A stretch of 64,000 nucleotides of DNA from an uncultured Gemmatimonadales bacterium. GTDB taxonomy: Bacteria; Gemmatimonadota; Gemmatimonadetes; Gemmatimonadales; GWC2-71-9. The stretch lies in NCBI GenBank assembly GCA_963843115.1, contig CAWJJB010000007.1, forward strand, positions 26,128-90,127, read 5' to 3'. The notes under the pieces were generated by a model that did not search any database, was not told the origin of the DNA, and saw nothing but the letters and a program-made list of their open reading frames with translations. The position numbers and the translations under genes were made by a program. This document shows, in pieces, positions 27,036 to 39,629 of this stretch (position 1 is its first letter; each line of letters opens with the position of its first letter).

Positions 27036-27934
27036 CACTCTCCGATGCCGCCGTCGGGCGCCTCCGCGCCACCCTCGAGGAGCCCGATGCCGGTCCCCGG
27101 TACGACGTGGGCTCGCTGCTCGGTCGCGGCGGCATGGGCGCCGTGTACCGCGCGCACGATCGGGAGCTTGATCGTGACGTGGCGCTCAAGGTGCTCACCT
27201 TCGAAGCCGACGGGACCACCGACGGCGAGCGCCTCGCCCGCGAGGCCCGGCTCCTGGCCCGGCTGGAGCATCCCGGCATCGTCACCGTGCACGATCGCGG
27301 AACACTGGGCGATGGTCGCCCCTTCTACGTGATGCGGCTGGTGCGCGGCGTGCGGCTGGACCTGTTCGCCGAGCGCGCCGGGCGGGGTGAGTTGCTGCGC
27401 CTCTTCCTCCGGGTCTGCGATGCGGTCGCCTTCGCGCACGCGCGCGGCATCATTCACCGGGACCTGAAGCCGGGCAACATCATGGTGGGTGAGTTCGGTG
27501 AGGCGCTGGTGCTCGACTGGGGCATTGCGCGCGCGCTCAGTGAGCCGGCCGGCGACCTGGCGGCGGGAACGCCGGGATTCATGGCCCCGGAACAGGTGGC
27601 CGGCCTGGCCGGGTCACTCGACGCGCGCACCGATGTGTTCGGCCTCGGTGCCATCCTGCGCGACCTCCTGCGTCGCTCGTCCGATCCGGTGCCGCGCCCC
27701 CTGGCCGCCATCATTGCGCGCGCCACTGCCCTCGATCCCGCCGCCCGGTACCCGGGTGCAGATCGTCTCGCCGACGACCTGAGGCGCTGGCTCGACGGCG
27801 AGAAGGTGGAGGCCCATCGAGAGTCAATCCTGGAAAAAGCCGGTCGGATCTACACCCGCAACCAGGTGCTCATCCTGCTGCTCCTGGCCTATGCCATCGT
27901 GCGCGTCACGATCCTTCTCTGGCGCGGGGTCTAA
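27032..27934 (+). CDS. Ser/Thr protein kinase, C-terminally membrane-anchored, no extracytoplasmic sensor
   Basis: GRGGMGAVYRA glycine loop, VALKVL, HRDLKPGNIM, DFG-equivalent GEFGEALVLDWGIA, APE. C-terminal TM LILLLLAYAIVRVTILLW. Confidence 0.85.
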   Translation: MTLSDAAVGRLRATLEEPDAGPRYDVGSLLGRGGMGAVYRAHDRELDRDVALKVLTFEADGTTDGERLAREARLLARLEHPGIVTVHDRGTLGDGRPFYVMRLVRGVRLDLFAERAGRGELLRLFLRVCDAVAFAHARGIIHRDLKPGNIMVGEFGEALVLDWGIARALSEPAGDLAAGTPGFMAPEQVAGLAGSLDARTDVFGLGAILRDLLRRSSDPVPRPLAAIIARATALDPAARYPGADRLADDLRRWLDGEKVEAHRESILEKAGRIYTRNQVLILLLLAYAIVRVTILLWRGV

Positions 27935-28007
27935 AGGCAGGGGCCCCCAGCACCTAACCAGTCCACGACGCGCCAATCACGGCGCGCACCTTCACCTGGA
28001 GGTTCCC

Positions 28008-28415
28008 ATGAACAAGCCGGTACTCGGATTGCTCGCGGGCGGTGCACTGGGCATCGTCGATGGATTGACCGCGCTTGTCTCCGCCCCCGAAGTGGCCCCG
28101 CAGATCACCGGGATCATTCTCGGCTCGATGGGGAAGGGGCTGGTCGCCGGCATCCTCATCGGGTGGTTTGCCAGGAAGGTGGACAACCTTGCGGCGGGGA
28201 TCGTCGTGGGCCTGGCGCTCGGTGCCCTCTTTGCACTGCCCTTCGCGCTGGGCGTCGATCCCCTCACCGGCAAGCGATACTTCTGGGAGATCCTCCTTCC
28301 CGGCTCGCTCGTCGGGCTGATCGTGGGCTTTCTGACCCAGCGCTACGGCTCCTCACGTCCTCACGTCATCACGCCCTCACGTCCTACACCGCCTCCGACA
28401 GGCTCGAGAACGTAA
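28008..28415 (+). CDS. small membrane protein; C-terminal tail (SSRPHVITPSRPT) is encoded by the octamer repeat array
   Basis: GGAGG RBS. Four hydrophobic segments. Confidence 0.5.
   Translation: MNKPVLGLLAGGALGIVDGLTALVSAPEVAPQITGIILGSMGKGLVAGILIGWFARKVDNLAAGIVVGLALGALFALPFALGVDPLTGKRYFWEILLPGSLVGLIVGFLTQRYGSSRPHVITPSRPTPPPTGSRT
28349..28390 (-). repeat. tandem octamer array (ACGTGAGG-like x about 5, minus-strand orientation) beginning at the PmbA stop codon
   Basis: cctcacgtcctcacgtcatcacgccctcacgtcc on the plus strand. Confidence 0.7.
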
Positions 28416-29703
28416 AGTCCCGGATGCGCATCGGTGGCACCATGCTGCCCTGGGCCCGCACCGGCTGGCCCAGCGCCTCCACCTTGCCCAGCATGATGAT
28501 CGGCGACTCGTTGAAGCGGAAATTGCTGATGGCGTGCGTAATGCGCCCGTCCTCCACCAGGAAGGTGCCGTCCCGGGTGAGGCCCGTCAGCAGCATCGTT
28601 TGTGGATCCACCGTGCGGATGTACCAGAAGCGCGTCACCAGGATCCCGCGCGGCGTGTCCCGGATCAGGTCTTCCAGCGTGGCACTGCCACCATTCATGA
28701 TGAAGTTGCCCGGAGAAGCGCGCGGGGCCACGCCCTGCTTTTCGGCCCAGTACCGCGAACAGTTGAGGTTCTGCAGCACACCCCGGTCGATCCACTGGAC
28801 CCGTTCGCGTGGCAGTCCATCAAAGCCCCAGGGCAACGTCGGCACCCGGTCGCTGGCGGGGTCGGACCAGATCGTCACCAGCGGATCGAGCAGGCGCTCC
28901 CCCACCAGGGTGCCGCCGCCCGGTCGGGAGAAGGGGCTCCGCCCCTCGTCGGCCCGACGCATGTTCAATCCGAACACCAGCGGCTGCAGGAGTTCCACGG
29001 CAGCGGTTGGTTCCAGGATCACGGTGTACGTGCCCGGTTCGAGCGGCGTGGACTGCCGGGACGCCAGTGCCTTCTCCAGCGCGATGCCCGACGCAGCGGC
29101 GCCGTCGAATCGTGCGACATCGTTCTCGTCCCGCTCGGCGTAGCCTGAGCCAGTCCCGTCGGCGCTCCGCACCGTTACCGAGAAATTGAGCGCCGATGCG
29201 CGGTGATAGGCGAACAGCCCCGCGCTGTTCGCCATCGCCTGCCAGCTGCTCCCGTCGGCCAGGAACCCGGCGGCGACACAATCACTCTTTCTCGCCGGGG
29301 CAATGCTCGATTCCGCCACCGCTGCACGGTAGTCCGGGGAGATGGCGGCGGTGGCCTCGCTGTAGGCCTGCGGCACCGAGAGGTACTCCTGCGGACCCAG
29401 CGGCGGCATCGCCTCCGGGTCCTCCGGGGCAAGCTGGGCCAGGTCCTCCGAGAGACGAATCGTGCGCGCAAGGGTGGCGTCGTCGAACTGGTTGGCCACG
29501 GCAACGCCGCTGCGCTTGCCCCACATCGACCGCACCGACACCCGCAGGTCTTGCACCGCGCCTGCGGTGCTCACGGTGTTGCGGGCATAGCGGAGGTTGC
29601 CACGATTACTCCCCACAATCGAGATCTCGCACGCCGGTGCGCGCGAGAGCGTGAGCGCCCGCTGCAACAGCGCGCGCGCCTCCACCTCGTCAAGTGGACG
29701 CAT
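28384..29703 (-). CDS. TldE/PmbA-family metallopeptidase-like protein
   Basis: PmbA_TldD family length and pattern. Start overlaps the upstream TldD stop by 14 nt. Alternative GTG start at 29685. Confidence 0.75.
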   Translation of the reverse strand: MRPLDEVEARALLQRALTLSRAPACEISIVGSNRGNLRYARNTVSTAGAVQDLRVSVRSMWGKRSGVAVANQFDDATLARTIRLSEDLAQLAPEDPEAMPPLGPQEYLSVPQAYSEATAAISPDYRAAVAESSIAPARKSDCVAAGFLADGSSWQAMANSAGLFAYHRASALNFSVTVRSADGTGSGYAERDENDVARFDGAAASGIALEKALASRQSTPLEPGTYTVILEPTAAVELLQPLVFGLNMRRADEGRSPFSRPGGGTLVGERLLDPLVTIWSDPASDRVPTLPWGFDGLPRERVQWIDRGVLQNLNCSRYWAEKQGVAPRASPGNFIMNGGSATLEDLIRDTPRGILVTRFWYIRTVDPQTMLLTGLTRDGTFLVEDGRITHAISNFRFNESPIIMLGKVEALGQPVRAQGSMVPPMRIRDFTFSSLSEAV

Positions 29704-31333
29704 TGGGCTTCGCGATGGTGCGGGAGGTGTTGAGGACATTGACCCTGTCCACCCGGGTCGTTGAGCAGCCGTGCGATACGGCACTCACCTGCGAGGGCTG
29801 TCCCTTGCCGTCGCGAAACGTGCCGCCCAGGCGATAGTCGCGGCGGTCACAGATGCCGGTCACCGCATGCCAGAACTCGACCGTGTTCGCCTGGTATGCC
29901 GCGTCCCGCAGCATCCCGACGATCTTGCCGCCCTGGATCTCGTAGAACAGCACGCCACCGAACTGGAAGTTGTAGCGCTGCTGGTCGATCGAGTAGGAGC
30001 CGTTGCCGATGATGTAGATCCCCTTGTCCACACCGGCGATCATCTCCGCCGGCGTCATCGGCTTCGTGCCCGGCTGGAGTGACACGTTGGGCATGCGCTG
30101 GAACTGCACCGAATCCCAGCTGTCGGCGTAACAGCAGCCGTTGGATGCCGTCTCGCCCAGCACATGGACCTGGTCGCGTGTCGCCTGGTAGTTCACCAGC
30201 ACGCCGCCCCGGACGAGGTCCCATTGCCCTGTGGGGACGCCCTCGTCGTCATACTTCGCCGCCCCCAGCGAGTGCGCCTGCGTGCGGTCGGCCACGAAGT
30301 TCACCATCGGGCTGCCATACTGGAACGACCCCGTGCGCCACTTGTCGAGCGTCGCGAAGCTGGTGCCGGCGTAGTTCGCTTCGTACCCGAGCACCCGGTC
30401 GAGTTCGAGCGGGTGACCCACCGACTCGTGAATCGTGAGCCAGAGATGCGAGGGATCGAGCACCAGGTCCCAGTTGCCTGGTGTCACCGACTTGGCAGCC
30501 GCCTTGGCCCGAGCCTGGTCCGGGGCGAGCCGCGCGTCCTCGACCATGTCGTACCGGCTGCCATAGACCGGGATGCCGGCCGCTGACGTCCTCCGGTCGG
30601 CCGGTCGCATGGTGAGGTACTCCCACCCCATTCCCATCGGCGCGCCCAGTGAGCTCCGGACCTCGAAGCGGCCAGTCTCCTTGTTGACCACCGTGACATT
30701 GAAGGTAGGATAGATCCGGTGGATGTCCTGGTCGATGTAGCTCCCGTCGGTCGAGGCGAAGTATTTCTGCTCGTTGACGAGTGAAAGATTGGAGGAGATG
30801 TAGCTGGCGCCGGCGGCAAGCGCGGTGGCGCCAACGGTCGTCAGCAATTCGGCCTTGTCGCTGAGTGGCACCGCAAGGGCATTGGTCTCGATGGGCGTGC
30901 TCCACCGCGCCTCCCCCACGCCGGCCTGGGGCGCGAGCGTCACCGGCTCGGTCTGGAGCCGCGAGTCGGCTTTCGCGATGGCCACCGCCTGCGCCGCCGC
31001 CCGGGCGATACCGTCAGGCGTCACGTCCTCGGTCGCGGCAAAACCCCATGTCCCGTTGGCGATGACCCGGATCCCGACGCCGTACGACTCAGCCAGCACC
31101 ACACCGTCGATCTTTGCCTCCCGCCCGCTGATCGACTGCGTCAGGTACCGGCCGATCCGCACGTCGGCGTAGCTCGCGCCCAGGCTCCGGGCAGCGTTCA
31201 GCGCCACGTCCGCCAGCGCCTTGCGATCCCCAGTGGGAATCGGCGTGAGGCTGCCCGACCAGAACCGCTGGTGCGGCGAGATCAGCGTCGCGCCGGCCAG
31301 CCCGCTGAGTTGGAGAAAGTCACGTCGTTCCAC
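29690..31333 (-). CDS. TldD-family metallopeptidase with twin-arginine (Tat) signal peptide
   Basis: MERRDFLQLSGLAGATL Tat motif. Conserved TldD core with an HExxxH-like site in ESVGHPLELD. Confidence 0.85.
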   Translation of the reverse strand: MERRDFLQLSGLAGATLISPHQRFWSGSLTPIPTGDRKALADVALNAARSLGASYADVRIGRYLTQSISGREAKIDGVVLAESYGVGIRVIANGTWGFAATEDVTPDGIARAAAQAVAIAKADSRLQTEPVTLAPQAGVGEARWSTPIETNALAVPLSDKAELLTTVGATALAAGASYISSNLSLVNEQKYFASTDGSYIDQDIHRIYPTFNVTVVNKETGRFEVRSSLGAPMGMGWEYLTMRPADRRTSAAGIPVYGSRYDMVEDARLAPDQARAKAAAKSVTPGNWDLVLDPSHLWLTIHESVGHPLELDRVLGYEANYAGTSFATLDKWRTGSFQYGSPMVNFVADRTQAHSLGAAKYDDEGVPTGQWDLVRGGVLVNYQATRDQVHVLGETASNGCCYADSWDSVQFQRMPNVSLQPGTKPMTPAEMIAGVDKGIYIIGNGSYSIDQQRYNFQFGGVLFYEIQGGKIVGMLRDAAYQANTVEFWHAVTGICDRRDYRLGGTFRDGKGQPSQVSAVSHGCSTTRVDRVNVLNTSRTIAKPNAST

Positions 31334-31345
31334 TGGCGATCCCTG

Positions 31346-32656
31346 TCAGGTTGTCTTCTCAGGCATCTCCGACCCAAGCTTCTCCGCCGCACCGCGCAGC
31401 AACTTTTCCGGGTCGATGCCATACTGGCCACAGAGCGCCTCGATCATCTTGAACGCTGCGGTGAGGCGTTGCGTGTTCGCCACCGCCACACCGCCGCCGG
31501 ACGCGCCGCCACCGTCCAGCACCACCAGGCGGTCGATCTTCGTATCCCTCGTGGCGGTGACCGCCGTGGCGAGCAGGGCAGGGAGCTGCTGCATGAAGAG
31601 GAAGGTGGCCGCCTGGTCTCCTGCCGCGCGCAGTTCCTTCACCATCTTCTCCAGGGCGAACGCCTGTGCCTCGCCCTGGGCCCGCACCGGCGCCGCATTC
31701 GCCTCGGCCTGCAAGGTCGCGGCGTCGCGCTGCGCCCGCGCCGGCTCCACCTGGTCGGCCTGCAGTTGCCGCCGCACCAGCTCGATGCGCGCCTGCTGCA
31801 CGCCCTGCTGTGCCGCCGCCTCCGCCGCCTCTGCCTCGGCGCGGGCGACCCGTTCCGCCGTCTCGCCCGCCTGCATCAGTTGCGCCTGTCGCACGCGCAG
31901 GGCGTTCTGTGCCTCCGCGATCGCCGTCTGTGCCTGCGCTTGGGTCACCTCCGCGTTGCGTCGTGACTCCGCCTGCTTCTGCTCCGTCTCGGCCTTGTTC
32001 TTCGCCTCGGCGATCTCCGCGTCGCGCAGGACTTCCGATGCCCGGATGCGCCCGACGGCCCGCAGGTAACCCATGTCATCCGAGATGTTCTGGATCTTGA
32101 GCATGTCCTGCTGCAGGCCCAGCTGCCGCAGGTCGCGCGATGCCTCCGCCACCAGCGCCTGCTCGAACTTGAGCCGGTCCTCGTTCGCCTCCTCGGGGGT
32201 CAGCGTGGCCAGCACGCCGCGCAGGTTCGCCGCCAGCGTCTCCCGCGCGAGGTCGGGGATTTCCCGCTCCCGCCCGAGCAGGCGCTCCACCGCATTGTTG
32301 AACACCTCGTCGGGTGTCGAGGCGATCTTCACGTTCGCCACCGCCTCGACCGTGATCGGGATCCCACCCTTGGCGAAGGCGTTCGCCACCTTCACCGTGA
32401 GCGGGATCGTGTTGAGCGACATCTGGGTGACCTGCTCCAGGATGGGCACCCGGAACGTGCGCCCGCCCCGGATCAGCCGGTAACCCACCGCCGTGCCGTC
32501 AGGCAGCGTGCGCCGCCGGCCGGTGATGACCGCGATCATGTTGGGCGGCACGATCACGATCAGCCGCTGCAGCGTCCGGATCAGGATCAGCACCAGGAAC
32601 GCTACACCGATCGCCATGACCACCGGCGTCAGGAAACCAACCGGAAGCTCGGGCAT
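31346..32656 (-). CDS. flotillin/SPFH (band-7) family protein
   Basis: N-terminal TM, SPFH domain, long Ala/Glu/Gln-rich coiled-coil. Confidence 0.85.
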   Translation of the reverse strand: MPELPVGFLTPVVMAIGVAFLVLILIRTLQRLIVIVPPNMIAVITGRRRTLPDGTAVGYRLIRGGRTFRVPILEQVTQMSLNTIPLTVKVANAFAKGGIPITVEAVANVKIASTPDEVFNNAVERLLGREREIPDLARETLAANLRGVLATLTPEEANEDRLKFEQALVAEASRDLRQLGLQQDMLKIQNISDDMGYLRAVGRIRASEVLRDAEIAEAKNKAETEQKQAESRRNAEVTQAQAQTAIAEAQNALRVRQAQLMQAGETAERVARAEAEAAEAAAQQGVQQARIELVRRQLQADQVEPARAQRDAATLQAEANAAPVRAQGEAQAFALEKMVKELRAAGDQAATFLFMQQLPALLATAVTATRDTKIDRLVVLDGGGASGGGVAVANTQRLTAAFKMIEALCGQYGIDPEKLLRGAAEKLGSEMPEKTT

Positions 32657-32691
32657 TCAGGACCTCGCGAGGGACATCGGGTGGGACTGCG

Positions 32692-33201
32692 TCAGGTGAA
32701 GATGCCGCGGCTCAGGACGGCAACGCCGCGCTCGACTCGCTCGATGAAGACCGGTGACCCGGGCGGAAGGTCGGGCAGCGGCTCCGCCTCGGTCCAGGTG
32801 GCAGTGATTTCCTGCTCCTGGCCGCCGACGATCGCACTGACGCGGCCCATGCGCGTGGCACGGTCGAACGGGACCACCAGCGTCCCGTCGATGCCGAACC
32901 AGGCGCCATCACCGGCCAGGTCGCCGCTGTCGGTCCGGCGCAGCCAGCTGAACAGCGCGGTGACGGCAAGCATCGTCACGATGCCCAGTGCGATACTCGC
33001 GATCCACACCAGCATCGGGGCAACACCCATCAGCGTGAGGCCGGCACCCGCCCCGCCGAACACCACCGCACCGTAGGCGATGCCCCGCAGGTTGAGCGCC
33101 AGCAGGCCATCGCCTTCGGTGAAGTCGTGGTCCACCACCCCGAACGCGACCAGCCCCAGCAGCAGGGCCCCCAGCACGAGGGCGAAGAGGAAGATGGTCA
33201 T
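32692..33201 (-). CDS. NfeD-like membrane protein with OB-fold (YqiJ-like flotillin partner)
   Basis: Three TM helices plus a C-terminal beta domain. Lies immediately upstream of flotillin on the same strand. Confidence 0.7.
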   Translation of the reverse strand: MTIFLFALVLGALLLGLVAFGVVDHDFTEGDGLLALNLRGIAYGAVVFGGAGAGLTLMGVAPMLVWIASIALGIVTMLAVTALFSWLRRTDSGDLAGDGAWFGIDGTLVVPFDRATRMGRVSAIVGGQEQEITATWTEAEPLPDLPPGSPVFIERVERGVAVLSRGIFT

Positions 33202-33313
33202 CCCGAAATCTACCGCGAAAACCGGGCGATGACGGCGGTGTCACAAATCCGCTTAACGTGACGGCATGCCGCGCGTCAACAGGGTGGTAGCCACGATACG
33301 ACCCGGAGAACCC

Positions 33314-34003
33314 ATGATACGTACCCCATTCGTGCTGGTCCTGTTCGCCGCCTGTGCCGCACCGCTCGCCGGCCAGCAGCATGCCCACGCTGACATGGTA
33401 GCAGCCGGCCCCCGGGATGCGACCCCCCATCTCCGGGTTACCCCCGCCCGCATGCCCACCGCCGCCGATGCAGCGTGGGGCGATAGCCTCGTCCGCGTGG
33501 CCCGGGAAGCCGTCGCGCGCTACGAGTCGGTCGAACTGGCGGAACAGGACGGATACAAGGTGCGCCTCAAGGCCATGAAGCAGGCGAAGGTGCTGCACTA
33601 CACCAGCCTGGCCAACGGCTTCCACGCGCGCTCCGCCTTCGACCCGGCCCGCCCCACCTCGCTGCTCTATGAGCGTGCCCCCGGGGGCGGGCTCCAGCTT
33701 GTCGGCGTGATGTACACCATGCCCGCCTCCGCCACCCTTGAGGAACTCGATGCCCGCGTACCGTTCGGCCTCGCGCAGTGGCACCTGCATACCAACATCT
33801 GCATGCCGAAGGGCAAGGGGGCACGAAACACCGCCAACTTCGTTGGTCCGAACGCGATGTTCGGCCCCCACGGCACCATCGCAACCGCAGAAGCCTGCGC
33901 CCAGGCTGGCGGCCGCTTCCGGGCCCAGTCGCTCGGCTGGATGGTCCATGTCAACGTGATGACGGACGATCCCTGGGCCCCGGCGCAGAAGCACATGCAT
34001 TGA
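33314..34003 (+). CDS. secreted hypothetical protein (His-rich N-terminus)
   Basis: Signal peptide MIRTPFVLVLFAACAAPLAG. Divergent from the nfeD operon. Confidence 0.5.
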   Translation: MIRTPFVLVLFAACAAPLAGQQHAHADMVAAGPRDATPHLRVTPARMPTAADAAWGDSLVRVAREAVARYESVELAEQDGYKVRLKAMKQAKVLHYTSLANGFHARSAFDPARPTSLLYERAPGGGLQLVGVMYTMPASATLEELDARVPFGLAQWHLHTNICMPKGKGARNTANFVGPNAMFGPHGTIATAEACAQAGGRFRAQSLGWMVHVNVMTDDPWAPAQKHMH

Positions 34004-34047
34004 GGACGTGAGGACGTGAGGGCGTGAGGGCGTGAGGGCGTGCGGGG
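34004..34047 (+). repeat. tandem octamer array TGAGGRCG x6 starting at the TGA stop of the upstream gene (inverted copy of the 28349-28390 array)
   Basis: tgaggacgtgaggacgtgagggcgtgagggcgtgagggcgtgcggg. Confidence 0.7.
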
Positions 34048-34179
34048 AATATTGGCCGGCGCGTCGAATGGGGATGGCTCCGCAGGCTCTGTTGCCCGGC
34101 GCGTTCGCGATCGACGCTGACTGCACGTGCTGATGACTGAAGCGACGGCACGAGAGCCGAAGGAGCCACCCCAGAGACG

Positions 34180-34240
34180 CGCCATACCCCAGAGGCATGC
34201 CCCACAGGCATACCCCAGAGGCATACCCCAGAGCCACGCC
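34180..34240 (+). repeat. 13-bp tandem repeat ATACCCCAGAGGC x4 upstream of mscS
   Basis: gccataccccagaggcatgccccacaggcataccccagaggcataccccagagcc. Confidence 0.6.
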
Positions 34241-34270
34241 GCGCCGGCGCCCGTTCGGTTATTGTAGGAT

Positions 34271-35149
34271 ATGCCTCAGCTCCCCTTCAACGTCGAACCC
34301 GATCACCTGAAGGCCGTGCTGCTGGCCTTCGCGCCCCGCGCGCTGGCTGCCTTCATCGTCCTCCTCCTGTTCTGGATCGTCCTCCGGATCACGCAGCCCG
34401 CCCTGCGCGCCGCCCTCCGCCGCGCGCACTTCGTGGATGGATTGATCAAGCTCCTGGTCGACGGCCTCTTCCGCGGCACCGTCCTCCTCTTCGCCCTGGT
34501 CATGGCCGCCAGCCAGCTGGGCATCAATGTCAGTGCGCTCCTCGCCGGCGTCGGCGTCGCCGGCATCGCACTCGGTTTCGCGGCCCAGGAAACCGTCGCC
34601 AACATGATCTCGGGCTTCCTCATCTTCTGGGACCGCCCCTTCAAGATCGGCGACTACATCACCACGCAGGAACTCTATGGCGAGGTCCGCGAGATCACCC
34701 TGCGCACCACCCGCATTCGCACCCTCGACAACACTTACGTCGTCATCCCGAACAAGCAGATCATCGGCGACACGATCGTGAATCACTCCATGTACGGTGA
34801 GACCCGCGTCGTCGTCAGGCTCGGCATTGCCTACAAGGAGCGCATCGCCGAGGCGCGCCCGGTCCTGCTCCGCGCCGTCGCCGGACTGCCAGGGGTGATG
34901 GACAAGCCCGCGCCTGATGTGGTCGCCAGGTCGTTGGGCGACTCCAGCGTCAACCTCGAGATTCGCGTCTGGATCGACGAAGCGTCGGAAGAGCGGCCGG
35001 TGGAAGCGCGGGTCATCGAGGCGTGCAAGGTGGCGCTCGATGAGGCCGGGATCGAGATCCCCTTCCCGCACTTGCAGCTCTTCATCGAGAATGTCGAGGA
35101 ACGGGTGTGGGCGAAGGCGGCCGCGCTGTCGGGCCGTTCCCCCAGCTGA
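34271..35149 (+). CDS. mscS: small-conductance mechanosensitive channel (MscS family)
   Basis: Three TM helices followed by a beta/alpha-beta cytoplasmic domain (FKIGDYITTQELYGEVREITLRTTRIRTLDNTYVVIPN). Confidence 0.85.
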   Translation: MPQLPFNVEPDHLKAVLLAFAPRALAAFIVLLLFWIVLRITQPALRAALRRAHFVDGLIKLLVDGLFRGTVLLFALVMAASQLGINVSALLAGVGVAGIALGFAAQETVANMISGFLIFWDRPFKIGDYITTQELYGEVREITLRTTRIRTLDNTYVVIPNKQIIGDTIVNHSMYGETRVVVRLGIAYKERIAEARPVLLRAVAGLPGVMDKPAPDVVARSLGDSSVNLEIRVWIDEASEERPVEARVIEACKVALDEAGIEIPFPHLQLFIENVEERVWAKAAALSGRSPS

Positions 35150-35159
35150 GGAGCGAGCG

Positions 35160-36299
35160 GTGGACCTGATACAACCCCGCAAGCTGGCCCGCGCCGCACG
35201 CTCGCTGATGTTCCGCAAGCGCCACCCACCCGTCGGCTCGATGCCCGGGACCCTGGTAACGCAGCCCGAGTCGCCCATGCCGGTCATCCGCGTGATGCGG
35301 TACGGGCCTGACCTCCTCGATGAGTGCGACGTCCCCGACCCCGCCGACCTGCGCCGCCTCATCGAGTGCGATGGGGTCGTCTGGATCGACGTGCAGGGCC
35401 TGGGCGATGAAAAGGTCCTGCGGCAGGTCGCGGACATCGTCCACTTGCACCCGCTCGCACTCGAGGATGCGGTGAACGTGCCGCAGCGGCCCAAGTCCGA
35501 GCCCTACGAGGCGCAGCACCTCTTCATTGCCCGCATGGTGCGCATCGGCGCCGAGTCGGGCATCGATGCCGAGCAACTGAGCCTCTTCATCGGGCCGCGA
35601 TACCTGCTGACGTTTCAGGAGCGCTACGGCGACGTGTTCGACCCGGTGCGCAAGCGGATCCGGGTGGGCCTGGGCCCGATCCGGCGCATGGGCCCCGATT
35701 ATCTCGCCTATGCCCTGATCGACACCGTCATCGACGCCTTCTATCCGCTGATCGAGGAAATCGGTGAGCGCCTGCACAACCTCGAGGACGACATCCTCGA
35801 GCGCCCGTCGCCGCGCGGCCTGAAGCGCATTCACGCCATGCGGCGGGACCTGCTCGCCGTGCGACGGGCGGTGTGGCCGCAGCGCGAGGCGGTCAGTGCG
35901 CTGATCCGCGAGGAGACCCCGCTGGTGAGCGAGCCGGTGCGTCGCTACCTGCGCGATTCACTCGATCATGCTTCACAGGTGGCCGATGTGGTGGAGAGCT
36001 ACCGGGAGATCGCCTCGAGCCTCATGGACATCTATCTGTCGAGCACCGGCCAGCGCACCAATGAGGTCATGAAGGTGCTCACCATCATGGCCAGCATCTT
36101 CATTCCGCTCACCTTCATTGCCGGCGTGTACGGCACCAACTTCCACTACCTCCCGGAACTCGACTGGCGCTGGTCCTACTTCGTGTTCTGGGGCGTGATG
36201 ATCGCGACCGGCGCAGGCATGCTGGTGTACTTCCGGCGCCGCGGCTGGATCGGTACGCCCGATGAGGCGGACGAAGGCAACGAGGACGACGGCCCGGGT

Positions 36300-36305
<6 letters not shown>
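35160..36305 (+). CDS. corA: CorA-family Mg2+/Co2+ transporter
   Basis: C-terminal two TM helices with a YGTNF (GMN-variant) motif. GAGGAG RBS before GTG 35160. Alternative ATG at 35208. Confidence 0.8.

Positions 36306-39625
<3,320 letters not shown>

Positions 39626-39629
<4 letters not shown>

Noticed and set aside
28349-34047. Interpreting the inverted octamer arrays as terminal inverted repeats of a transposon
   Set aside because: No transposase, integrase or target-site duplication is visible, and the repeats are simple tandem octamers. Kept only as one hypothesis in the findings, not annotated as a mobile element.
33951-34211. 86-aa minus-strand ORF spanning the intergenic repeats
   Set aside because: Generated by the repeat arrays themselves (repetitive peptide). 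No RBS.
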